From Squalus acanthias (Eukaryota), in the NCBI GenBank assembly GCA_030390025.1, contig CM059432.1:122948001-123012000 (forward strand): a stretch of 64,000 nucleotides of DNA, read 5' to 3'. Of this stretch, positions 23,822-39,168 are shown one piece after another (the stretch's first letter is position 1; every line of letters begins with the position of its first letter). Below the pieces are notes generated by a model that worked only from the letters and a program-made list of their open reading frames with translations, was not told the DNA's origin and searched no databases. The position numbers and the translations under genes are program-made.

Positions 23822-26788
23822 TCAGTATCCCGTCCCCGCCTTCTCTCCGTAACCCTTAACCCCTTTTGCCTGTAGAAATATATCTAATTCCCTCTTAAAT
23901 ATATTTAATGAGCTGGCGTACACTGCCCTCTGTGGCAATGAGTTCCACAGGTTCACCACTCTCTGAGTGAAGAAATTCCCCCTCATTTCTGTCCTAAATG
24001 GTTTAGCCCTTATCCTTAAATTATGTCCTCTAGTTCTGTTCTCACCCGCCAAGGGAAACATTCCTTCTGCATCTAATCTGTCTAGACCTGTCAGAATTTT
24101 ATACACTTCTATGAGGTCCCCTCTCAATCTTCTAAACTCCAGTGTGTACATCCCTAAACTACATAGTCTCTCCTCATAGGTCAATCCCGCCATTCCTGGT
24201 ATCAGCCTGGTGAATCGCCGCTGCACCCCCTCCATGGCAAGAACATCTTTCCTCAGATGAGGCGACCAAAACTGTACACAGTACTCGAGGTGTGGTCTCA
24301 CCAGTGCCCTGTACAGCTGCAGCAAGGTATCCCTGTTCCTGTATTCCAACCCTTTTGCTATGAAGGCCAGCATACCGTTTGCCTTCTTGACCGCCTGTTG
24401 CACCTGCATGCTCGCCTTCAGTGACTGGTGTACAAGAACACCCAGGTCTCTCTGTACTTCCCCCTCTCCCAATTTATTGCCATTTAAATAATAATTTGCC
24501 CTCCCGTTCCTGCACCCAAGGTGGATAACTTCGCACTTGTCCACATTATAGTGCATCTGCCATTTATCCGCCCAATCACCCAGTCTGTCCAAATCGCTCT
24601 GGAGCTTCCTGGTCTCCTCCTCTGAGCCCACCCCCCCTCCTAGTTTAGTGTCGTCTGCAAATTTGGAAATGCTGCATTCGACTCCCTGATCCAGGTCATT
24701 AATATAAATTGTGAACAGCTGGGGACCCAGGACAGATCCCTGTGGTACCCCACTTGTTACTGCCTGCCATTCAGAAAATGAGCCGTTTATTCCAACTCTC
24801 TGTTTTCTATCTGACAGCCAGTTCTCTATCCACGTCAATACTTTCCCCTTTATCCCATGAGCTTCAATTTTCCATGCTAATCTTTTATGTGGGACCTTAT
24901 CGAAGGCCTTTTGGAAGTCCAGGTACACCACATCTACTGGCTCTCCCCCATCTATTTTACCAGTTACTCCCTCAAAAAATTCCAATAGATTAGTCAAGCA
25001 CGATTTACCCTTTGTAAATCCATGTTGACTCTGTCCTATCCTGTCCCCATTTGCTAAGTGCTCGGCTATTTCATCCTTAATGATGGACTCCAGCATTTTG
25101 CCCACAACTGATGTAAGGCTTACAGGTCTGTAATTACCTGCTTTTTCCCTACCCCCCTTTTTGAATAGTGGGGTAACGTTAGCTACCCTCCAATCCATGG
25201 GCACTGTTCCCGAGTCTAATGAATTCTGAAAAATCATGCTTAGTGCATCCGCTATCTCTAGGGCCACCTCCTTCAGTACCCTAGGATGCATGTTATCAGG
25301 CCCTGGGGATTTGTCCGCCTTCAATCCCTTTAGCTTCCTTAACACCATATCCTTAGAGATATTGATTTGCGTCAGTTCCTCCTTTGCCAATGTCCCTATT
25401 TTTCCCGATATCCCAGGGAGGTTTTTTGTGTCTTCCTTCGTAAAGACTGACCCAAAGTATGCATTTAGTTGGTCTGCCATTTCCTTATTTCCCATTATAT
25501 ATTCCCCCGTATCTGACTGCAATGGACCAACTTTGGTTTTCACCAGTCTTTTCCTCTTGATATACTTATAAAAGCTTTTGGAGTTAGTTTTTATATTTTC
25601 CGCCAGCTTGCTTTCGTAAGCTATTTTGCCCTTCTTGATTAAGCCCTTTGCCCTCCTTTGCTCGATCTTAAACTGTTCCCAATCTTCCGCTCTGGCGCGT
25701 TTTTTGGCTATTTTATACGCCCTATCTTTGGATTTTATGCTGTCTCTAATTTCCCCTGTTATCCACGGTTGAGTCACCTTTTTAGATTTCCTTTTATGCC
25801 AGATTGGTATAAACAATTTTTGCAATTTTGTCATTCTATCTTTAAATGCTTGCCATTGTTTATCTACCTCCAGTCCTCCCAGGAACGTTGTCCAATCAGA
25901 CCTACTCAGTTCCCGTCTAATGGCATCATAATTCCCCTTGTTTAAATTCAGGACCTGAGTCTCTGAGTCAATTTCTTCGCTCTCCATTTCGAGTGAGAAA
26001 TCGATCATGTTATGATCGCTCTGACCCAAGGGTCCCCGTACAACAAGATTACTAATTAGTCCCTTCTCATTGCACAGTACCCAGTCCAATATAGCCTGTT
26101 CCCGAGTTGGTTCCTCGACATATTGATCCAGATAACCATCCCTTAAACACTCAAGGAATTCCTCCTCCTCATTATTTTTACTGATTAGGCTAGTCCAATC
26201 TATATGTAAGTTAAAGTCACCTATGATGACAGCTGTGCTCTTATTGCACGCTTCTCTAATTTCCCTCGTGATGCCCTCCCCAACCTCTATTTTACTATTT
26301 GGAGGCCTATATACCACTCCTATTAATGTTTTTCGCCCCTCGCTATTTCTTAGCTCCACCCATATAGATTCTGTATTAACTGAGTTAATATCCTTCCTTT
26401 CAATTGCATTTATCCCCTCTTTTACCAGCAATGCTACCCCTCCTCCCTTTCTTTTTTGTCGATCCTTCCTAAATACTGAATACCCCTGTATGTTAAGCTC
26501 CCAGCCCTGCTCACCCTGCAACCATGTTTCCGTAATCCCAATTAGATCATAATTATTAACCTCTATTTCCACAGCTAATTCATCTACCTTGTTCCTGATG
26601 CTTCTCGCATTAAGGTATAAAACCCTCAGGCTTTTTTTATGCTCACATTTTTTATGAATTAGTTTGGCCCTTTGTTTTTTGTTCCTCTCCTTTTTACCAT
26701 TTATTTCTGTCTGCCTTTCACTTTCCTCTATTTCACTACATGGGTTTCTAGCCCCCTGCCATACTAGTTTAAATGCTCCCGAACTGCT
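23822..26788 (-). CDS. CR1 ORF2: APE endonuclease + reverse transcriptase (frame open from 26788; no AUG before the end of the EN domain)
   Basis: YLNARS, GITETW, YRPP, GDFN and SDH endonuclease motifs; QHGF, LDFQKAFDKV, GVPQGSVLGP and FADD RT motifs; no stops. The ORF track start at 26572 is a GTG. Confidence 0.95.
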   Translation of the reverse strand, partial: SSSGAFKLVWQGARNPCSEIEESERQTEINGKKERNKKQRAKLIHKKCEHKKSLRVLYLNARSIRNKVDELAVEIEVNNYDLIGITETWLQGEQGWELNIQGYSVFRKDRQKRKGGGVALLVKEGINAIERKDINSVNTESIWVELRNSEGRKTLIGVVYRPPNSKIEVGEGITREIREACNKSTAVIIGDFNLHIDWTSLISKNNEEEEFLECLRDGYLDQYVEEPTREQAILDWVLCNEKGLISNLVVRGPLGQSDHNMIDFSLEMESEEIDSETQVLNLNKGNYDAIRRELSRSDWTTFLGGLEVDKQWQAFKDRMTKLQKLFIPIWHKRKSKKVTQPWITGEIRDSIKSKDRAYKIAKKRARAEDWEQFKIEQRRAKGLIKKGKIAYESKLAENIKTNSKSFYKYIKRKRLVKTKVGPLQSDTGEYIMGNKEMADQLNAYFGSVFTKEDTKNLPGISGKIGTLAKEELTQINISKDMVLRKLKGLKADKSPGPDNMHPRVLKEVALEIADALSMIFQNSLDSGTVPMDWRVANVTPLFKKGGREKAGNYRPVSLTSVVGKMLESIIKDEIAEHLANGDRIGQSQHGFTKGKSCLTNLLEFFEGVTGKIDGGEPVDVVYLDFQKAFDKVPHKRLAWKIEAHGIKGKVLTWIENWLSDRKQRVGINGSFSEWQAVTSGVPQGSVLGPQLFTIYINDLDQGVECSISKFADDTKLGGGVGSEEETRKLQSDLDRLGDWADKWQMHYNVDKCEVIHLGCRNGRANYYLNGNKLGEGEVQRDLGVLVHQSLKASMQVQQAVKKANGMLAFIAKGLEYRNRDTLLQLYRALVRPHLEYCVQFWSPHLRKDVLAMEGVQRRFTRLIPGMAGLTYEERLCSLGMYTLEFRRLRGDLIEVYKILTGLDRLDAEGMFPLAGENRTRGHNLRIRAKPFRTEMRGNFFTQRVVNLWNSLPQRAVYASSLNIFKRELDIFLQAKGVKGYGEKAGTGY

Positions 26789-27711
26789 TTATCAAAATTT
26801 ACCCCGAGAACCTCAGTTCCATCTTTGCACAGGTGTAGACCGTCCCTTTTGTATAGGTCACACCTACCACAAAACTGGTCCCAATGCCTCAAAAATGTAA
26901 AACCCTCCCTCTTACACCACTGCTCAAGCCACGTATTTAGCCTAACTATCCTGTTCTCTGTACTCTTACTAGCACGTGGCACTGGTAGTAATCCAGAGAT
27001 TACTACCTTCGAGGTCCTACTTTTTAGCTTGGCTCCTAACTCCCTAAATTCTACTTGTAGGACCTCTTCCCTTTTTTTAGCTACGTCGTTGGTACCAACA
27101 TGTATCACGACAACTGGCTGTTCCCCCTCCCCCTCCAGAATGTTCTGCACCCGCGCCGAGACATCCTTGACCCTTGCACCAGGGAGGCAAATTACCATCC
27201 TGGAGTCTCGGTCGCGACCACAGAAACTCCTATCTATTCCCCTTACAATCGAATCCCCTATTACTATAGCCCTGCCACTCTTTTTCCCTCCCTTCTTTGC
27301 AACAGAGCCAGTCATGGTGCCATGAGCCTGGCTGCTGGTGCCTTCCCCCGATGAGTCATCCCCCCCGACAACAGCACCTAAGGCGGTGAACCTGTTGCTG
27401 AGGGAGACAACCCCAGGGGATTCCTGCACTACCTTCCTGCCCTTGCTCTGCCTTTTGGTCACCCATGTACTATCTACTCTGGCCTTAACCTGCGGTGTGA
27501 CCAACTCACTAAATGTGCTATTCACAACCCTCTCAGAATCGTGGATGCTCCAAAGTGAGTCCATCCGCAGCTCAAGGGCCGTCATGCGGTCCCACATGAG
27601 CTGCAGCTGGACACACTTCCCGCACACATGGTTGTCAGGGACACAGGAAGCGTCCATGATTTCCCACATGTTACAGGAGGAGCATGACACAGGTCCGAGC
27701 TCTACTGCCAT
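26764..27711 (-). CDS. CR1 ORF1: N-terminal Cys motif + SGNH/GDSL esterase-like domain
   Basis: CxxC...CxxC, then GDSI, PGA, HVGTND and DGLH blocks; 315 aa with an ATG start. Confidence 0.93.
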   Translation of the reverse strand: MAVELGPVSCSSCNMWEIMDASCVPDNHVCGKCVQLQLMWDRMTALELRMDSLWSIHDSERVVNSTFSELVTPQVKARVDSTWVTKRQSKGRKVVQESPGVVSLSNRFTALGAVVGGDDSSGEGTSSQAHGTMTGSVAKKGGKKSGRAIVIGDSIVRGIDRSFCGRDRDSRMVICLPGARVKDVSARVQNILEGEGEQPVVVIHVGTNDVAKKREEVLQVEFRELGAKLKSRTSKVVISGLLPVPRASKSTENRIVRLNTWLEQWCKREGFTFLRHWDQFCGRCDLYKRDGLHLCKDGTEVLGVNFDKAVREHLN

Positions 27712-28117
27712 GACTTAACCCTTATATTACTTATTAATTTTCTAGTTTTAGTTTATTTATTGACTTTTGTTTTCCCGAAGCTTACTTAGACCAATGTATA
27801 CTGTACTCCTCTTATTCCTTTTTAAACTAACCAAATCGCACTAGTTTTAGTTGTACTTTCTAGGAAGGTTTGAGGAAAGTACTTACCAGTTAGTCTTACC
27901 TCCCTGGTCTTTCGCTGACTTCCCGGTCTTGTGTCCCCTTGGTCCTACGCCGACTTCCCGCTCCTCCCGGTTCCTGCTCTGCTGAAAAGAAACTGAGACC
28001 AAAAAATTTGTGACCTCTGTTTTTAGACTGCTAAAAGACTACTAGGTTAGAGGAGGAGGGCGGGTGGGGGTTCCTACTCTGTAGGAACTCGGGTTTAAGC
28101 CACCACCCTCCTTAAAT

Positions 28118-28514
28118 GCCGCTCCAACCAGGTCCGCTCCTCCTTCCCCGCTGCCGACCGCTCTGTGGGAGAAAAAGAAAGAAAGGCTCCTCCTCCGCCG
28201 CTGTCGACGCTGGTCTGAGGCCTACCTGAGCCTCGGGGCTCCCTTTATCGACTCGCCGCCGCTCCCGCCGCTCCAACCAGGTCCGCTCCTCCTTCCCCGC
28301 TGCCGACCGCTCTGTGGGAGAAAAAGAAAGAAAGGCTCCTCCTCCGCCGCTGTCGACGCTGGTCTGAGGCCTACCTGAGCCTCGGGGCTCCCTTTATCGA
28401 CTCGCCGCCGCTCCCGCCGCTCCAACCAGGTCCGCTCCTCCTTCCCCGCTGCCGACCGCTCTGTGGGAGAAAAAGAAAGAAAGGCTCCTCCTCCGCCGCT
28501 GTCGACGCTGGTCT
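28118..28514. repeat. 149-bp GC-rich tandem repeat (~2.7 copies) forming the CR1 5' end
   Basis: gctccaaccagg recurs at 28121, 28270 and 28419; units look identical by eye. Confidence 0.95.
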
Positions 28515-29609
28515 CATTTAGTAGCATTTTCAAACTTCTGTTTTTAATTTGGCAATGACAAAGCCTGGAGTTCTCACTATTAGTTACAGCTTTTGGTGGT
28601 TGAAGTTCCTCAGATAATGAAGCATTCCAAACCTGCATGGAGCAAGACCTGGACAACATCCAGGCTTAGGCTGATGAGTGGCAAGTAACATTCGTGCCAC
28701 ACAAGTGCCAGGCAATGACTGTCTCCAACAAGAGAGTGTCTAACCAACCCCCCCCTTGACATGCAGTGGCATTACCATCGCCAAATCCCCCACCATCAAC
28801 ATCATGAACGTCACCATTGACCTGAAACTGAACTGGACCAGCCACACACACATTGTGGCTACTGGAGCAGGTCAGAGGCTGGGTATTCTGCGGCGAGTGA
28901 CTTGTTTCCCGATTTACCAAAGCCCCTCTCCCACCTATAAGGCCCAAGTCAGGAGTGTGATGGAATACTCTCCACCAATATTCCCTCTTATTTGTTTTGT
29001 ACTGAGCGGGCAACAAACTCCTTTGAGCGCGACCATTTTGTCTGAGCAAATTTAAAACAACAACAGCTTTTACAACAACGACAGCAACCACTTAAAAGCA
29101 TATCTACAGTAATGCCATATTGCCACCCCACCGTCTCAAATCATGAGACAATCAGACAAGGTTCGATACAGGTTTAACATAACTTCACTGCTTTTGAACT
29201 CTATTCCTCTAGAAATGAGCCCCAGTGCTTTATTTGCACTTTTATGGCTATTTTAACCTGTGTTGCTACTTTTAATGATTTGTGAATCTATACCCCCAGA
29301 TCCCTTTGCACCTCTACCCCATTTAGACTCTTATTTTCCAAGGAGTAGATAGAGTCCTTATTCCTCCTACCAAAATGCACCAACTCACACTTATCCATAT
29401 ATCATGTGGACGTAAAAGATCCCATGGCACTATTTCGAAGAAGAGTAGGGGAGTTATCCCCGGTGTCCTGGCCAATATTTCTCGCTCAACCAACATAACA
29501 AAAAAACAGATCTGGTTATTATCACATTGCTGTTTGTGGGAGCTTGCTGTGTGCAAATTGGCTGCCACATTTCCTACATTACAACAGTGACTCCACCTCA
29601 AAAGTACGT

Positions 29610-29930
29610 CCGGCAGCCTTCTAGACTCAACATTGAGTTAAACAATTTCAGACCACAACTTCTGCCCCTATTTTTTCAGGCGGCAGGTGTTGATGATTCT
29701 GCCATCCCCATTTGCAACATTTAACCACTCCTGCCTTCCACCCTATCACAGACTGTCCCTTTTGTTCTTTCTTCTCCCCCCGCCACCCACTTTCCCTTCC
29801 CCTGCACCTGCTTAAAATCTATTACATCTCTAACTTTTTCCAGTTCTGACGAAGGGTCACAGACCTGAAACGTTAACTCTATTTCTCTCTCCATGGATGC
29901 TGCCTGACCTGACCAGCATTTTCTGTTGTT
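29610..29930 (+). mobile_element. Penelope-like 3' fragment
   Basis: QPSRLNIELNNFR motif and the same terminal sequence as 15432-16009. Confidence 0.75.
29842..29878 (+). ncRNA. Minimal type I hammerhead ribozyme motif (sense to RTTN)
   Basis: AGUU-CUGACGA-A-GGGUC-aca-GACCU-GAA-ACGU-U-AACU. Confidence 0.7.
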
Positions 29931-30359
29931 ATTATCTATCTCCAGCTTTGGTGATGAGTTGGGATCAGTTTTGGAGAAGTTGTTTCCTCTTTTTCTGCTG
30001 CTGTTCCCTGTCTCTCACAGATTCCGAGGTACAAACGGACATAAACTTTTCCCCACTCTCATAACATGATTTAAATAATCCTGATAGACTCTTTCAAAAT
30101 GAGGACATCACCTGGCAAAATTTAACTGGAACTTCCCACGGGACATGCAACATCACTTTCCCATATTTTTTTCCGGCTTTAAACAATTTTCTGAATTTAA
30201 AAAAAAATTCTCTTTTGTTTCACTAGGGGCCTAAAACTTGTTTGCTTTAGCCTCCTTCCAGCGGCCATTGTACATGTGCTGCGCCTCCACCTGTGTTGTT
30301 CCAAAGTGCGGCCGCCGCTCAGAGCCCGGGAAGGGGCTACACGTGCCTGGATCCTCACC

Positions 30360-35243
<4,884 letters not shown>

Positions 35244-36467
35244 TCAATCCTTGATCTTTTCTTTCCCCCCCCCCCTGCACCGGCCACCAACGGATCTCCT
35301 GACCTCCGCACTAAAGCGTGGCCCAACTGGATATTGCGCACGTGCGGCTCTGGTGTACCATGAGCAGCCACAGAAGGCTGCAAAGGCAAAGAATCAGAGC
35401 GTGGGGATTCTCCTGCTGTCCAGCTGAAAGGTCAGAGTTCAAGGGAGAAAACCAAACTCCTCCCGGCGTTACTCAGCAACCTTAAAGGAACGCACACTTC
35501 AAGAGCTGCAATTGCAATCGGCTCTGAGGTCGCAAGACTCGTAAACGAGTCTGTTTGGATTCCCGGGGCCATTGTGTATTGGGTCCCTTCCCCACTCCAG
35601 CTACTGTCCAGTTCTCTGTGCGGCATTTCAAATCAACTGCGCGTGAGCTCGGGGATCCGCGCGCGCACCCACGCACCTTCGAGGGAACAGTGCTCTCCAC
35701 TTGCCTGGTTGAGTGCAGCTGCAACAGCACTCAAGAAGCTCAATACCATCCAGGACAAAAAGTCTGCTTGATCAGCATCCCATCCAACACTTAAACATCT
35801 GCTGCCTCCATCATCGGCATGCTGTGGCTACAGTGTGTACCATCTGCAGGATGCACTGCAAAAATTCCCAAGATTTTTTCCCAAACCCTCTACTATCTAG
35901 AAGGACAAGGGCAGCAGGCACATGGGAACACCACCACCTCCAAGTTCCCCTCCGAGTCACACACTATCCTGACGTGGAAATATATCGCTGTTGCTTCATC
36001 ATTGCTGGGTCAAAATCCTGGAACTACCTCCCTAACAGCATTGCGGGAGTACCTTCACCACACGGACTGCAGCGGTTCAAGAAGGCGGCTCACCACCACC
36101 TTCTCAAGGACAACTCGGGATGGGCAATAAATGCTGGCCTTGCCAGCGACGCCCACATCCCAAGAGTGAATAAAAAAATTTGATAGAGTTTTTAGAGATG
36201 TTCTGTTTAAAACTAGTATTCGTATGAAACAGCACGGAAGGAGGCCATTCAACCCATTGTACCTGTGCCTGCTCTTTGGTGGAGCTATCCAACTAGTCCC
36301 ACTCCCCCGCTCTTTACCCATAGCCCTGTAACAAGTATTTATCCAACTCTCTTTTGCATGTTACTACTGCATCTGCTTCCACCACCCTTGGAGGCAGTGC
36401 ATTCCAGATAACAACAACTCTTTGTGTAAAAAAAAAATGTTTCCTTATGTTTGTTATTTATCTACAG

Positions 36468-36556
36468 ATGCCAAAATCCATGCAGTGTTGAAAAAACAGG
36501 GGATAGTAGAAAAGATCATTTCATTTATACATGAAAGTGTGCACAAAAATGGAAAG
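36468..36556 (+). CDS. RTTN: Rotatin coding exon (5th)
   Basis: tctacag|AT...AAG|gtactg; 89 nt; (D)AKIHAVLKKQGIVEKIISFIHESVHKNGK. Confidence 0.93.
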
Positions 36557-36826
36557 GTACTGTGCAAAATGTTTCCTTCCATAGTTTGTGATAATTGCCG
36601 ATGTGTTTGTAAAGTTGATGCTTTGTAAAAGGTTTTGCATAATGGCTTTTTAAAATGTCCTTAACTTTCTAATCCTCTGTAATTATGTTCAAGTCTGAAA
36701 ACACTGGAGTGCTGCTTTTGGCCTGCATCCATTTTAAAAGGCTGAATTTCATTAGTTCATCATTAAAATCAAATGTTTGTATGTGGTATGAGTGAGCCAC
36801 AAAACTGCCATGAGCTACCACTAGTA

Positions 36827-37665
36827 GGGGGAAAAATTGGGTTGCTTTACGCCTCCCGTTAGCACCCCGGGGGGGCGCCAATGGGGCGCAAAGCACCTCG
36901 CGCCCGGGTGCGGCGCCGCTAATGCCTCCCGCAAAATTCATTTGTGTGTTGTTAGTTGGTATGATTGCACTAGGATGAGTGTGAGGGATGGCGAGTGAGA
37001 TGGGGATGTGATAATGCAGAGAGAGAGGGATGGGTGGAGGTCCAAGGTAAATTAGTGTGAGTAAGGATGTGCAGGAGTAGGGTAGGGAAGGCAGAGTGAT
37101 GGGGATGTGATGAGAGGCACAGCAGGATGCAGTTGAGTGTGGCTTTGTACTAACATTTCCTGATCTAATGAAATAATTGAAACGTTTGCGGCATTGCACC
37201 CAGGTCCTCCTGACCTCATCCCTGCTTGTGACCTCCTCTGCAACCAGGCTGCCTTGGTCTCCTGGGGAGGTCTCTTCCTCCCATCGGAAGAGAAGAGGGA
37301 CCTCCCTGCATGCTCTGACTCCCTCCATAAACATATGGAGGGAGTCATCAGAGAGCCTGGGTGCAACCCTCTGCCTCTGTGCAGTCAATGTCAGTGTTTG
37401 CAGCACTCCAGTGTTGTAGTGCACTGACAGCACTAAGTTAGATTAAACTTCAAAAGAAATGTAGCCATGGTCCCTTGAAGGATCCCAGCTGAAAAAGCAT
37501 CATGAATGACTTCAACAGACCCGCTCCATCTGATTGGGCCGGGTAACGCGCTGGACAGGCTTAATAGGCCCCATTAAGGTAAGTTTATTTTCAACAGCGG
37601 GATGGAGCCAGCAGAGGGGTCGTGACCCGCCACGGACACTGGCCATGTTAGGCAAAATTCTGGCC
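36827..37665 (-). mobile_element. Harbinger-type transposon remnant with a frameshifted Myb/SANT-like ORF
   Basis: APRLSDDSL...FSSDGRKRPPQETKAAW...AEEVTSRDEVRRTWVQCRKRFN spread over two frames (~37165-37380); GGG..AAAATT / AAAATTCTGGCC ends. Confidence 0.7.
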
Positions 37666-38855
37666 ATGTTCTCTGGATTGCTAGTCCAATAACATACCCA
37701 CTACACTACCGTACTCCGTTAAATGCCAAGAAAGAACAATAATTCCAACTCCTCAATTTTGAAAACATTTGAAATATCAAGCAAAACTGAATTTACTTAA
37801 AGAAACTGATAAAAGGGTGAAAATATTCCCATTGTCTAGAAATTAATGATGTGAGAGGACGAATGCTTAACAGATTCACGACATTGCTCTGTATTTAAAA
37901 TAAACTGGTTAAATAGTAGATAACAGAACGTTGTATAAACATGCTAAGCACTTGTTTGCTAAAATTGCAAGCAATTATTTCAAGTCCCCTATACTTTAGA
38001 GGATTTACATTATGCATTCCTGCAATACTATGTAATGCAAAATGGTAATCGTTGAGACTGCAATATGTAATGTATTAAAGGTCGTGTTTTCTTTTAAATC
38101 TGAAACTTAATAGAATCAAATAAATCAGAAGATGTCTCAGTCCTTTGTTGCACGAGTTTAAAAAGTTGGGCACATTTCTGCCTAATTCAATTATTTTTCT
38201 CATTATTTGTCCACTTTTTGATCTTCAAAGTGAATCTTTGGTGTTGTTCACATCTTTTATCTGGTTATTCGACATAAGACATTGTTGCATTTTCTACTGT
38301 CTTCTGGTATTCCACTAACATTGGGTACTTTAACTTTATACCCAGAGATGCATTGACTCCTATAATCTGTTTGAGTTGTCAGTAGCTGGAATGTTGTGCA
38401 AACTATTGAGTATTATAAATTTTTAAAAAACCTTAAAAATATAGGAGACTTGAAATAACTGCTTTTTTGCTGTTGTCTCCACTTAAAACCATATTGATCT
38501 TTCTTGCCATCTGTATGGAGTAGATAAAAAGCTTATTTGCATAGGTTAAGTGATGCACGCCTAGTGCTTTAAGCTTGTGAATCAATTTATTAGTTGAATT
38601 CTGATTGGATGCTTTATTTTTCTACTGGCAGAATTTCTTGAGTGATGCATGGAAAATGGTAGGTTAATGGTGTTTCTTCTAAAAACTAGTTCAAAAATCC
38701 ATCCACAGCTGGTGCAACTTGCTCGGGGTTTCTTCAGCATTGTGCTTTACATTTATTAAGTGCTATAAACTAAATCAGTTAACTCATGGTTAAAATTTGA
38801 ATGTATATTCACAATTAACAAGTGTTTGTGTATATTTTCTTTTTCTGTTGACTAG

Positions 38856-38973
38856 AGCATGCAGTGCTTGGTGTTGCCATGTCTTGCTGTTTTAAGGAAA
38901 CTGGTTTACTTGGACCCAACCCTACGCCACAGCCTAGCTCAGCAATCCTCTTTCCTACTTGCCCTCTTCAGAG
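38856..38973 (+). CDS. RTTN: Rotatin coding exon (6th)
   Basis: gactag|AGC...AGAG|gtgaga; 118 nt; SMQCLVLPCLAVLRKLVYLDPTLRHSLAQQSSFLLALFR. Confidence 0.93.
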
Positions 38974-39168
38974 GTGAGATCCCTGAACTTGCATATATTG
39001 CATTCTGCAGCTGAAATGTTCTGTTAGTGAGACCTCAAGCTAAATTACTAAAGGGGAGAGTCTAGGTAATGTTTTTATTGTTAAAACTATTCCCTGCCAC
39101 AATCTCAAATCTGTTTTAAGATTTATTCTTGTATACCAGACTATTTCCCTTTGCTTTGCACACACTTA

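Larger units (their letters stand above)
23729..28514 (-). mobile_element. Full-length, apparently intact CR1 LINE (antisense to RTTN)
   Basis: 5' UTR with tandem repeats, uninterrupted ORF1 and ORF2, short 3' UTR ending in (tctatgta)2. Confidence 0.96.

Noticed and set aside
26740..26763. AUG just downstream of the CR1 ORF1 stop as the ORF2 initiator
   Set aside because: The ATGs at 26762 and 26741 (- strand) are not in the ORF2 frame.
25236..27718. Plus-strand ORFs overlapping the CR1
   Set aside because: Antisense shadows of the real ORF1 and ORF2 with no motifs of their own.
28118..28514. Possible CRISPR-like array
   Set aside because: Head-to-tail identical units with no unique spacers, eukaryotic context, and part of a LINE 5' UTR.
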